A stretch of DNA of 64,000 nucleotides from contig JBHGNT010000039.1 of the NCBI GenBank assembly GCA_043228905.1, positions 62,001 through 126,000 on the forward strand. Direction: 5' to 3'. Shown here piece by piece: positions 40,401 through 53,809 of this stretch. The notes beneath the pieces are model-generated. The model was not told the origin of the DNA and ran no database searches. It was given only the letters and a program-made list of their open reading frames with translations. The position numbers were made by a program, and so were the translations under genes. How positions within the stretch are numbered: position 1 is the stretch's first letter; every line of letters starts with the position of its first letter. The stretch is from Azolla caroliniana (taxonomy: Eukaryota > Plantae > Polypodiophyta).

Positions 40401-43400
40401 TGAACACAAAAATCCGATATCACACGAGCCAGGTATGAACATTGTAATTTACCTACTAGCTCTTCTCAACTCCCTCCTCAAATTTGGTAATTTCGTCATG
40501 TCTCTCGACCTTAGTTTCAAAATCTTGATTTTTTAATTCCATATCATAGCTAGTGTTGTTAGCTTCGATTCGCATGTTTGAACACAAAAATCCGATATCA
40601 CACGAGCCAGGTATGAACATTTTAATTTACTCAAGGGCTCCTCTCAACTCACTCCTCAAACTTGCTAATTTCGTCATGTCTCTTGACCTGAGTTTCAAAA
40701 TCTTGTTTTTTTTATTCCATATCATAGCTAGCGTTGTTAGCTTCCATTCGCATGTTTGAACACAAAAATCCGATATCACACGAGCCAGGTATGAACATTT
40801 TAATTCACTCACGCGCTCTTCCAACCTCACTCCTCAAATTTGGTAATTCCATATCATAGCTAGCGTTGTTAGCTTCGTTTCGCATGTTTGAACACAAAAA
40901 TCCAATATCACACGAACCAGATATGAACATTATAATTTACCTACTAGCTCTTCTCAACTCCCTCCTGAAATTTGGAAATTTCGTCATGTCCCTCGACCTG
41001 AGTTTCAAAATCTTGATTTTTTAATTCCATATCATAGCTAGCGTTGTTAGCTTCGATTCGCATGTTTGTACACAAAAATCCGATATCACACGAGCCAGGT
41101 ATGAACATTGTAATTTACCTACTAGCTCTTCTCAACTCCCTCCTCAAATTTGGTAATTTCGTCATGTCTCTCGACCTTAGTTTCAAAATCTTGATTTTTT
41201 AATTCCATATCATAGCTAGCGTTGTTAGCTTCGATTCGCATGTTTGAACACAAAAATCCGATATCACACGAGTTAGGTATCAACATTTTTATTTACTCAA
41301 GGGTTCCTCTCAACTCCCTCGTCAAGGTTGCTAATTTCGTCATATCTCTCGACCTGAGTTTCAAAATCTTGATTTTTTAAATCCATATCATAGCTAGCGT
41401 TGTTGGCTTCGATTCGCATGTTTGAACACAAAAATCCGATATCACACGAGCCAGGTATGAACATTGTAATTTACCTACTAGCTCTTCTCAACTCCCTCCT
41501 CAAATTTGGTAATTTCGTCATGTCTCTCGACCTGAGTTTCAAAATCTTGATTTTTTAATTCCATATCATAGCTAGCGTTGTTAGCTTCGATTCGCATGTT
41601 TGAACACAAAAATCCGATATCACACGAGTTAGGTATCAACATTTTTATTTACTCAAGGGTTCCTCTCAACTCCCTCGTCAAGGTTGCTAATTTCGTCATA
41701 TCTCTGGACCTGAGTTTCAAAATCTTGATTTTTTAAATCCATATCATAGCTAGCGTTGTTGGCTTCGATTCGCATGTTTGAACACAAAAATCCGATATCA
41801 CACGAGCCAGGTATGAACATTGTAATTTACCTACTAGCTCTTCTCAACTCCCTCCTCAAATTTGGTAATTTCGTCATGTCTCTCTACCTTAGTTTCAAAA
41901 TCTTGATTTTTTAATTCCATATCATAGCTAGCGTTGTTAGCTTCGATTCGCATGTTTGAACACAAAAATCCGATATCACACGAGCTAGGTATGAACATTT
42001 TTATTTACTCAAGGGTTCCTCTCAACTCCCTCGTCAAGGTTGCTAATTTCGTCATACCTCTCGACCTGAGTTTCAAAATCTTGATTTTTTAAATCCATAT
42101 CATAGCTAGCGTTGTTGGCTTCGATTCGCATGTTTGAACACAAAAATCCGATATCACACGAGCCAGGTATGAACATTGTAATTTACCTACTAGCTCTTCT
42201 CAACTCCCTCCTCAAATTTGGTAATTTCGTCATGTCTCTCGACCTTAGTTTCAAAATCTTGATTTTTTAATTCCATATCATAGCTAGTGTTGTTAGCTTC
42301 GATTCGCATGTTTGAACACAAAAATCCGATATCACACGAGCCAGGTATGAACATTTTAATTTACTCAAGGGCTCCTCTCAACTCACTCCTCAAACTTGCT
42401 AATTTCGTCATGTCTCTTGACCTGAGTTTCAAAATCTTGTTTTTTTTATTCCATATCATAGCTAGCGTTGTTAGCTTCGATTCGCATGTTTGAACACAAA
42501 AATCCGATATCACACGAGCCAGGTATGAACATTGTAATTTACCTACTAGCTCTTCTCAACTCCCTCCTCAAATTTGGTAATTTCGTCATGTCTCTCGACC
42601 TTAGTTTCAAAATCTTGATTTTTTAATTCCATATCATAGCTAGTGTTGTTAGCTTCGATTCGCATGTTTGAACACAAAAATCCGATATCACACGAGCCAG
42701 GTATGAACATTTTAATTTACTCAAGGGCTCCTCTCAACTCACTCCTCAAACTTGCTAATTTCGTCATGTCTCTTGACCTGAGTTTCAAAATCTTGTTTTT
42801 TTTATTCCATATCATAGCTAGCGTTGTTAGCTTCCATTCGCATGTTTGAACACAAAAATCCGATATCACACGAGCCAGGTATGAACATTTTAATTCACTC
42901 ACGCGCTCTTCCAACCTCACTCCTCAAATTTGGTAATTTTTCATGTCTCTCGACTTGAGTTGCAAAATCTTGATTTTTTAATTCCATATCATAGCTAGCG
43001 TTGTTAGCTTCGTTTCGCATGTTTGAACACAAAAATCCAATATCACACGAACCAGATATGAACATTATAATTTACCTACTAGCTCTTCTCAACTCCCTCC
43101 TGAAATTTGGAAATTTCGTCATGTCCCTCGACCTGAGTTTCAAAATCTTGATTTTTTAATTCCATATCATAGCTAGCGTTGTTAGCTTCGATTCGCATGT
43201 TTGTACACAAAAATCCGATATCACACGAGCCAGGTATGAACATTGTAATTTACCTACTAGCTCTTCTCAACTCCCTCCTCAAATTTGGTAATTTCGTCAT
43301 GTCTCTCGACCTTAGTTTCAAAATCTTGATTTTTTAATTCCATATCATAGCTAGCGTTGTTAGCTTCGATTCGCATGTTTGAACACAAAAATCCGATATC

Positions 43401-44640
43401 ACACGAGTTAGGGCTCTTCTCAACTCACTCCTCAAATTTGCTAATTTCGTCATGTCTCTCGACGTTAGTTTCAAAATCTTGATTTTTTAATTCCATATCA
43501 TAGCTAGCGTTGTTAGCTTCGATTCGCATGTTTGAACACAAAAATCCGATATCACACGAGTTAGGTATCAACATTTTTATTTACTCAAGGGTTCCTCTCA
43601 ACTCCCTCGTCAAGGTTGCTAATTTCGTCATATCTCTGGACCTGAGTTTCAAAATCTTGATTTTTTAAATCCATATCATAGCTAGCGTTGTTGGCTTCGA
43701 TTCGCATGTTTGAACACAAAAATCCGATATCACACGAGCCAGGTATGAACATTGTAATTTACCTACTAGCTCTTCTCAACTCCCTCCTCAAATTTGGTAA
43801 TTTCGTCATGTCTCTCTACCTTAGTTTCAAAATCTTGATTTTTTAATTCCATATCATAGCTAGCGTTGTTAGCTTCGATTCGCATGTTTGAACACAAAAA
43901 TCCGATATCACACGAGCTAGGTATGAACATTTTTATTTACTCAAGGGTTCCTCTCAACTCCCTCGTCAAGGTTGCTAATTTCGTCATACCTCTCGACCTG
44001 AGTTTCAAAATCTTGATTTTTTAAATCCATATCATAGCTAGCGTTGTTGGCTTCGATTCGCATGTTTGAACACAAAAATCCGATATCACACGAGCCAGGT
44101 ATGAACATTGTAATTTACCTACTAGCTCTTCTCAACTCCCTCCTCAAATTTGGTAATTTCGTCATGTCTCTCGACCTTAGTTTCAAAATCTTGATTTTTT
44201 AATTCCATATCATAGCTAGTGTTGTTAGCTTCGATTCGCATGTTTGAACACAAAAATCCGATATCACACGAGCCAGGTATGAACATTTTAATTTACTCAA
44301 GGGCTCCTCTCAACTCACTCCTCAAACTTGCTAATTTCGTCATGTCTCTTGACCTGAGTTTCAAAATCTTGTTTTTTTTATTCCATATCATAGCTAGCGT
44401 TGTTAGCTTCCATTCGCATGTTTGAACACAAAAATCCGATATCACACGAGCCAGGTATGAACATTTTAATTCACTCACGCGCTCTTCCAACCTCACTCCT
44501 CAAATTTGGTAATTCCATATCATAGCTAGCGTTGTTAGCTTCGTTTCGCATGTTTGAACACAAAAATCCAATATCACACGAACCAGATATGAACATTATA
44601 ATTTACCTACTAGCTCCTCAAATCCGATATCACACGAGCT
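31500..44640 (+). repeat. HOR domain built on a divergent monomer cassette, with amplified truncated monomers; unit lengths 2954 (17-mer), 2242 (13-mer) and 3666 (21-mer)
   Basis: The cassette markers CAAACTTG..TCTTGACC, TTCACTCACGCGCTCTTCCAACC and CCAATATC..GAACCAGATATG..CATTATA recur. The 46-bp deletion junction is at 35648/38602/40844/44510 and the 25-bp junction at 32233/36790/39744/43410. The three unit lengths each equal n x 178 - 72. Confidence 0.92.
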
Positions 44641-44773
44641 AGGTATGAACATTTTTATTTACTCAAGGGTTCCTCTCAACTCCCTCGTCAAGGTTGCTAA
44701 TTTCGTATCATAGCTAGCGTAGTTAGCTTCGATTCGCATGTTTGAACACAAAAATCCGATATCACACGAGCCA
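44586..44773 (+). other. Rearrangement junction: adjacent 56-bp and 132-bp truncated monomers
   Basis: Monomer starts at 44586, 44642 and 44774. The junction sequences are TAGCTCCTCAAATCCGAT and AATTTCGT|ATCATAGC. Confidence 0.9.
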
Positions 44774-47700
44774 GGTATGAACATTTTAATTTACTCAAGG
44801 GCTCCTCTCAACTCAGTCCTCAAATTTGCTAATTTCGTCATGTCTCTCGACCTTATTTTCAAAATCTTGATTTTTTAATCCCATATCATAGCTAGCGTTG
44901 TTAGCTTCAATTCGCATGTTTGTACACAAAAATCCGATATCACACGAGCCAGGTATGAACATTGTAATTTACCTACTAGCTCTTCTCAACTCCCTCCTCA
45001 AATTTGGTAATTTTGTCATGTCTCTCGACCTGAGTTTCAAAATCTTGATTTTTTAATTCCATATCATAGCTAGCGTTGTTAGCTTCGATTCGCATGTTTG
45101 AACACAAAAATCCGATATCACACGAGCCAGGTATGAACATTTTAATTTACTCAAGGGCTCCTCTTAACTCCCTCGTCAAGGTTGCTAATTTCGTCATGTC
45201 TCTCGACGTTAGTTTCAAAATCTTGATTTTTTAATTCCATATCATAGCTAGCGTTGTTAGCTTCGATTCGCATGTTTGAACACAAAAATCCGATATCACA
45301 CGAGCCAGGTATGAACATTTTAATTTACTCAAGGGCTCCTCTCAACTCACTCCTCAAATTTGCTAATTTCGTCATGTCTCTCGACCTTAGTTTCAAAATC
45401 TTGATTTTTTAGTTCCATATCATAGCTAGCGTTGTTAGCTTCGATTCGCATGTTTGAACACAAAAATCCGATATCACACGAGCCAGGTATGAACATTTTA
45501 ATTTACTCAAGGGCTCCTCTCAACTCACTCCTCAAATTTGGTAATTTCGTCATGTCTCTCGACCTGAGTTTCAACATCTTGATTTTTTAATTCCATATCA
45601 TAGCTAGCGTTGTTAGCTTCGATTCGCATGTTTGAACACAAAAATCCGATATCACACGAACCAGGTATAACCAATTTAATTTACTCAAGGGCTCCTCTCA
45701 ACTCACTCATCAAATTTGCTAATTTCGTCATGTCTCTCGACCTTAGTTTCAAAATCTTGATTTTTTAAATCCATATCATAGCTAGCGTTGTTGGCTTCGA
45801 TTCGCATGTTTGAACACAAAAATCCGATATCACACGAGCCAGGTATGAACATTGTAGTTTACCTACTAGCTCTTCTCAACTCCCTCCTCAAATTTGGTAA
45901 TTTCGTCATGTCTCTCGACCTTAGTTTCAAAATCTTGATTTTTTTAATTCCATATCATAGCTAGCGTTGTTAGCTTCGATTCGCATGTTTGAACACAAAA
46001 ATCCGATATCACACGAGCCAGGTATGAACATTTTAATTTACTCAAGGGCTCCTCTCAACTCACTCCTCAAATTTGCTAATTTCGTCATGTCTCTCGACCT
46101 GAGTTTCAAAATCTTGATTTTTTAATTCCATATCATAGCTAGCGTTGTTAGCTTCGTTTCGCATGTTTGAACACAAAAATCCGATATCACACGAGCCAGG
46201 TATGAACATTTTAATTTACTCAAGGGCTCCTCTCAACTCACTCCTCAAATTTGGTAATTTCGTCATGTCTCTCGACCTGAGTTTCAACATCTTGATTTTT
46301 TAATTCCATATCATAGCTAGCGTTGTTAGCTTCGATTCGCATGTTTGAACACAAAAATCCGATATCACACGTGCTAGGTATAAACATTTTAATTTACTCA
46401 AGGGCTCCTCTCAACTCACTCCTCAAATTTGCTAATTTCGTCATGTCTCTCGACCTTAGTTTCAAAGTCTTCATTTTGTAATTCCATATCATAGCTAGCG
46501 TTGTTAGCTTCGATTCGCATGTTTGAACACAAAAATCCGATATCACACGAGTTAGGTATCAACATTTTTATTTACTCAAGGGTTCCTCTCAACTCCCTCG
46601 TCAAGGTTGCTAATTTCGTATCATAGCTATCGTAGTTAGCTTCGATTCGCATGTTTGAACACAAAAATCCGATATCACACGAGCCAGGTATGAACATTTT
46701 AATTTACTCAAGGGCTCCTCTCAACTCAGTCCTCAAATTTGCTAATTTCGTCATGTCTCTCGACCTTATTTTCAAAATCTTGATTTTTTAATCCCATATC
46801 ATAGCTAGCGTTGTTAGCTTCGATTCGCATGTTTGTACACAAAAATCCGATATCACACGAGCCAGGTATGAACATTGTAATTTACCTACTAGCTCTTCTC
46901 AACTCCCTCCTCAAATTTGGTAATTTCGTCATGTCTCTCGACTTTAGTTTCAAAATCTTGATTTTTTAATTCCATATCATAGCTAGCGTTGTTAGCTTCG
47001 ATTCGCATGTTTGAACACAAAAATCCGATATCACACGAGTTAGGTATCAACATTTTTATTTACTCAAGGGTTCCTCTCAACTCCCTCGTCAAGGTTGCTA
47101 ATTTCGTCATGTCTCTCGACCTTAGTTTCAAAATCTTGATTTTTTAATTCCATATCATAGCTAGCGTTGTTAGCTTCGATTCGCATGTTTGAACACAAAA
47201 ATCCGATATCACACGAGCCAGGTATGAACATTTTAATTTACTCAAGGGCTCCTCTCAACACACTCCTCAAATTTGCTAATTTCGTCATGTCTCTCGACCT
47301 TAGTTTCAAAATCTTGATTTTTTAATTCCATATCATAGCTAGCGTTGTTAGCTTCGATTCGCATGTTTGAACACAAAAATCCGATATCACACGAGCCAGG
47401 TATGAACATTTTAATTTACTCAAGGGCTCCTCTCAACTCACTCCTCAAATTTGGTAATTTCGTCATGTCTCTCGATCTGAGTTTCAAAATCTTGATTTTT
47501 TAATTCCATATCATAGCTAGCGTTGTTAGCTTCGATTCGCATGTTTGAACACAAAAATCCGATATCACACGTGTTAGGTATAACCAATTTAATTTACTCA
47601 AGGGCTCCTCTCAACTCACTCCTCAAATTTGCTAATTTCGTCATGTCTCTCGACCTTAGTTTCAAAATCTTGATTTTTTAAATCCATATCATAGCTACCG

Positions 47701-48049
47701 TTGTTGGCTTCGATTCGCATGTTTGAACACAAAAATCCGATATCACACGAGCCAGGTATGAACATTGTAGTTTACCTACTAGCTCTTCTCAACTCCCTCC
47801 TCAAATTTGCTAATTTCATCATGTCTCTCGACCTTAGTTTCAAAATCTTGATTTTTTTAATTCCATATCATAGCTAGCGTTGTTAGCTTCCATTCGCATG
47901 TTTGAACACAAAAATCCGATATCACACGAGCCAGGTATGAACATTTTAATTTACTCAAGGGCTCCTCTCAACTCACTCCTCAAATTTGGTAATTTCGTCA
48001 TGTCTCTCGACCTGAGTTTCAAAATCTTGATTTTTTAATTCCATATCAT

Positions 48050-51000
48050 AGCTAGCGTTGTTAGCTTCGATTCGCATGTTTGAACACAAAAATCCGATAT
48101 CACACTCGCTAGGTATGACCATTTTAATTTACTCAAGGGCTCCTCTCAACTCACTCCTCAAATTTGCTAATTTCGTCATGTCTCTCGACCTAAGTTTCAA
48201 AATCTTGATTTTTTAATTCCATATCATAGCTAGCGTTGTTAGCTTCGATTCGCATGTTTGAACAGAAAAATCCGATATCACACGAACCAGGTATGAACAT
48301 TGTAATTTACCTACTAGCTCTTCTCAACTCCCTCCTCAAATTTGGAAATTTCGTCATGTCTCTCGACCTGAGTTTCAAAATCTTGATTGTTTAATTCCAT
48401 ATCATAGCTAGCGTTGTTAGCTTCGATTCGCATGTTTGAACACAAAAATCCGATATCACACGAGCCAGGTATGAACATTTTATTTTACTCAGGCGCTCTT
48501 CCAACCTCACTCCTCAAATTTGGTAATTTCGTCATATCTCTCGCCTGGAGTTTCAAAATCTTGATTTTGTAATTCCATATCATAGCTAGCGTTGTTAGCT
48601 TCCATTCGCATGTTTGAACACAAAAATCCGATATCACACGAGCTAGGTATGAACATTTTTATTTACTCAAGGGCTCCTCTCAACTCCCTCGTCAAGGTTG
48701 CTAATTTCGTCATGTCTCTCGACCTTAGTTTCAAAATCTTGATTTTTTTAATTCAATATCATAGCTAGCGTTGTTAGCTTCGATTCGCATGTTTGAACAC
48801 AAAAATCCGATATCACACGAGCTAGGTATGAACATTTTTATTTACTCAAGGGCTCCTCTTAACTCCCTCGTCAAGGTTGCTAATTTCGTCATGTCTCTCG
48901 ACGTTAGTTTCAAAATCTTGATTTTTTAATTCCATATCATAGCTAGCGTTGTTAGCTTCGATTCGCATGTTTGAACACAAAAATCAGATATCACACGAGC
49001 CAGGTATGAACATTTTAATTTACTCAAGGGCTCCTCTCAACTCACTCCTCAAATTTGCTAATTTCGTCATGTCTCTCGACCTTAGTTTCAAAATCTTGAT
49101 TTTTTAATTCCATATCATAGCTAGCGTTGTTAGCTTCGATTCGCATGTTTGAACACAAAAATCCGATATCACACGAGCCAGGTATGAACATTTTAATTTA
49201 CTCAAGGGCTCCTCTCAACTCACTCCTCAAATTTGGTAATTTCGTCATGTCTCTCGACCTGAGTTTCAAAATCTTGATTTTTTAATTCCATATCATAGCT
49301 AGCGTTGTTAGCTTCGATTCGCATGTTTGAACACAAAAATCCGATATCACACGTGCTAGGTATAACCAATTTAATTTACTCAAGGGCTCCTCTCAACTCA
49401 CTCCTCAAATTTGCTAATTTCGTCATGTCTCTCGACCTTAGTTTCAAAATCTTGATTTTTTAAATCCATATCATAGCTAGCGTTGTTGGCTTCGATTCGC
49501 ATGTTTGAACACAAAAATCCGATATCACACGAGCCAGGTATGAACATTGTAGTTTACCTACTAGCTCTTCTCAACTCCCTCCTCAAATTTGCTAATTTCG
49601 TCATGTCTCTCGACCTTAGTTTCAAAATCTTGATTTTTTTAATTCCATATCATAGCTAGCGTTGTTAGCTTCGATTCGCATGTTTGAACACAAAAATCCG
49701 ATATCACACGAGCTAGGTATGAACATTTTTATTTACTCAAGGGCTCCTCTTAACTCCATCGTCAAGGTTGCTAATTTCGTCATGTCTCTCGACCTTAGTT
49801 TCAGAATCTTGATTTTTTAATTCCATATCATAGCTAGCGTTGTTAGCTTCGATTCGCATGTTTGAACACAAAAATCCGATATCACACTCGCTAGGTATGA
49901 CCATTTTAATTTACTCAAGGGCTCCTCTCAACTCACTCCTCAAATTTGCTAATTTCGTCATGTCTCTCGACCTAAGTTTCAAAATCTTGATTTTTTAATT
50001 CCATATCATAGCTAGCGTTGTTAGCTTCGATTCGCATGTTTGAACACAAAAATCCGATATCACACGAACCAGGTATGAACATTGTAATTTACCTACTAGC
50101 TCTTCTCAACTCCCTCCTCAAATTTGGAAATTTCGTCATGTCTCTCGACCTGAGTTTCAAAATCTTGATTGTTTAATTCCATATCATAGCTAGCGTTGTT
50201 AGCTTCGATTCGCATGTTTGAACACAAAAATCCGATATCACACGAGCCAGGTATGAACATTTTATTTCACTCACGCGCTCTTCCAACCTCACTCCTCAAA
50301 TTTGGTAATTTCGTCATATCTCTCGCCTGGAGTTTCAAAATCTTGATTTTGTAATTCCATATCATAGCTAGCGTTGTTAGCTTCCATTCGCATGTTTGAA
50401 CACAAAAATCCGATATCACACGAACCAGGTATGAACATTGTAATTTACTCAAGGGCTCCTCTCAACTCCCTCGTCAAGGTTGCTAATTTCGTCATGTCTC
50501 TCGACCTTAGTTTCAAAATCTTGATTTTTTTAATTCAATATCATAGCTAGCGTTGTTAGCTTCGATTCGCATGTTTGAACACAAAAATCCGATATCACAC
50601 GAGCTAGGTATGAACATTTTTATTTACTCAAGGGCTCCTCTTAACTCCCTCGTCAAGGTTGCTAATTTCGTCATGTCTCTCGACGTTAGTTTCAAAATCT
50701 TGATTTTTTAATTCCATATCATAGCTAGCGTTGTTAGCTTCGATTCGCATGTTTGAACACAAAAATCAGATATCACGCGAGCCAGGTATGAACATTTTAA
50801 TTTACTCAAGGGCTCCTCTCAACTCACTCCTCAAATTTGCTAATTTCGTCATGTCTCTCGACCTTAGTTTCAAAATCTTGATTTTTTAATTCCATATCAT
50901 AGCTAGCGTTGTTAGCTTCGATTCGCATGTTTGAACACAAAAATCCGATATCACACGAGCCAGGTATGAACATTTTAATTTACTCAAGGGCTCCTCTCAA

Positions 51001-52250
51001 CTCACTCCTCAAATTTGGTAATTTCGTCATGTCTCTCGACCTGAGTTTCAAAATCTTGATTTTTTAATTCCATATCATAGCTAGCGTTGTTAGCTTCGAT
51101 TCGCATGTTTGAACACAAAAATCCGATATCACACGTGCTAGGTATAACCAATTTAATTTACTCAAGGGCTCCTCTCAACTCACTCCTCAAATTTGCTAAT
51201 TTCGTCATGTCTCTCGACCTTAGTTTCAAAATCTTGATTTTTTAAATCCATATCATAGCTAGCGTTGTTGGCTTCGATTCGCATGTTTGAACACAAAAAT
51301 CCGATATCACACGAGCCAGGTATGAACATTGTAGTTTACCTACTAGCTCTTCTCAACTCCCTCCTCAAATTTGCTAATTTCGTCATGTCTCTCGACCTTA
51401 GTTTCAAAATCTTGATTTTTTTAATTCCATATCATAGCTAGCGTTGTTAGCTTCGATTCGCATGTTTGAACACAAAAATCCGATATCACACGAGCTAGGT
51501 ATGAACATTTTTATTTACTCAAGGGCTCCTCTTAACTCCATCGTCAAGGTTGCTAATTTCGTCATGTCTCTCGACCTTAGTTTCAAAATCTTGATTTTTT
51601 AATTCCATATCATAGCTAGCGTTGTTAGCTTCGATTCGCATGTTTGAACACAAAAATCCGATATCACACTCGCTAGGTATGACCATTTTAATTTACTCAA
51701 GGGCTCCTCTCAACTCACTCCTCAAATTTGCTAATTTCGTCATGTCTCTCGACCTAAGTTTCAAAATCTTGATTTTTTAATTCCATATCATAGCTAGCGT
51801 TGTTAGCTTCGATTCGCATGTTTGAACACAAAAATCCGATATCACACGAACCAGGTATGAACATTGTAATTTACCTACTAGCTCTTCTCAACTCCCTCCT
51901 CAAATTTGGAAATTTCGTCATGTCTCTCGACCTGAGTTTCAAAATCTTGATTGTTTAATTCCATATCATAGCTAGCGTTGTTAGCTTCGATTCGCATGTT
52001 TGAACACAAAAATCCGATATCACACGAGCCAGGTATGAACATTTTATTTCACTCACGCGCTCTTCCAACCTCACTCCTCAAATTTGGTAATTTCGTCATA
52101 TCTCTCGCCTGGAGTTTCAAAATCTTGATTTTGTAATTCCATATCATAGCTAGCGTTGTTAGCTTCCATTCGCATGTTTGAACACAAAAATCCGATATCA
52201 CACGAACCAGGTATGAACATTGTAATTTACTCAAGGGCTCCTCTCAACTC
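48050..52250 (+). repeat. Higher-order repeat: 10-mer of 1782 bp, ~2.4 tandem copies
   Basis: GACCTAAG at 48192/49974/51756 and GATTGTTT at 48389/50171/51953 are 1782 apart. ORF pair 50267/52049 gives the same offset. Confidence 0.92.
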
Positions 52251-53809
52251 CCTCCTCAAATTTGGTAATTTCGTCATGTCTCTCGACCTTAGTTTCAAAA
52301 TCTTGATTTTTTAAATCCATATCATAGCTAGCGTTGTTAGCTTCGATTCGCATGTTTGTACACAAAAATCCGATATCACACTCGCTAGGTATGAACATTT
52401 TAATTTACTCAAGGGCTCCTCTCAACTCACTCCTCAAATTTGCTAATTTCGTCATGTCTCTCGACCTTAATTTTAAAATCTTGATTTTTTAATTCCATAT
52501 CATAGCTAGCGTTGTTAGCTTCGATTCGCATGTTTGAACACAAAAATCCGATATCACACGAGCCAGGTATGAACATTTTTATTCACTCACGCGCTCTTCC
52601 AACCTCACTCCTCAAATTTGGTAATTTCGTCATGTCTCTCGACTGGAGTTTCAAAATCTTGATTTTGTAATTCCATATCATAGCTAGCGTTGTTAGCTAC
52701 GATTCACATGTTTGAACACAAAAATCCGATATCACACGAGCTAGGTATAAACATTTTAATTTACTCAAGGGCTCCTCTCAACTCACTCCTCAAATTTGCT
52801 AATTTCGTCATGTCTCTCGACCTTAGTTTCAAAGTCTTCATTTTGTAATTCCATATCATAGCTAGCGTTGTTAGCTTCGATTCGCATGTTTGAACACAAA
52901 AATCCGATATCACACGAGTTAGGTATCAACATTTTTATTTACTCAAGGGTTCATCTCAACTCCCTCGTCAAGGTTGCTACTTTCGTCATATCTCTCGACC
53001 TGAGTTTCAAAATCTTGATTTTTTCAATCCATATCATAGCTAGCGTTGTTGGCTTCGATTCGCATGTTTGAACAGAAAAATCCGATATCACACGAGCCAG
53101 GTATGAACATTGTAATTTACCTACTAGCACTTCTCAACTCACTCCTCAAATTTGGTAATTTCTTCATGTCTCTCGACCTTAGTTTCAAAATCTTGATTTT
53201 TTAATTCTATATCATAGCTAGCGTTGTTGGCTTCGATTCGCATGTTTGAACACAAAAATCCGATATCACACGAGCCAGGTATGAACATTTTAATTTACTC
53301 AAGGGCTCCTCTCAACTCCCTCCTCAAATTTTGTAATTTCGTCATGTCTCTCGACCTTAGTTTCAAAATCTTGATTTTTTAATTCCATATCATAGCTAGC
53401 GTTGTTAGCTTCGATTCGCATGTTTGAACACAAAAATCCGATATCACGCTCGCTAGGTATGAACATTTTAATTTACTCAACGGCTCATCTCAACTCACTC
53501 CTCAAATTTGGTAATTTCGTCATGCCTCTCGACCTGATTTTCAAAATTTTGATTTTTTAATTCCATATCATAGCTAGCGTAGTTAGCTTCGATTCGCATG
53601 TTTGAACACAAAAATCCGATATCACACGAGCCAGGTATGAACATTTTAATTTACTCAAGGGCTCCTCTCAACTCAGTCCTCAAATTTGCTAATTTCGTCA
53701 TGTCTCTCGACCTTATTTTCAAAATCTTGATTTTTTAATCCCATATCATAGCTAGCGTTGTTAGCTTCGATTCGCATGTTTGAACACAAAAATCCGATAT
53801 CACACGAGC

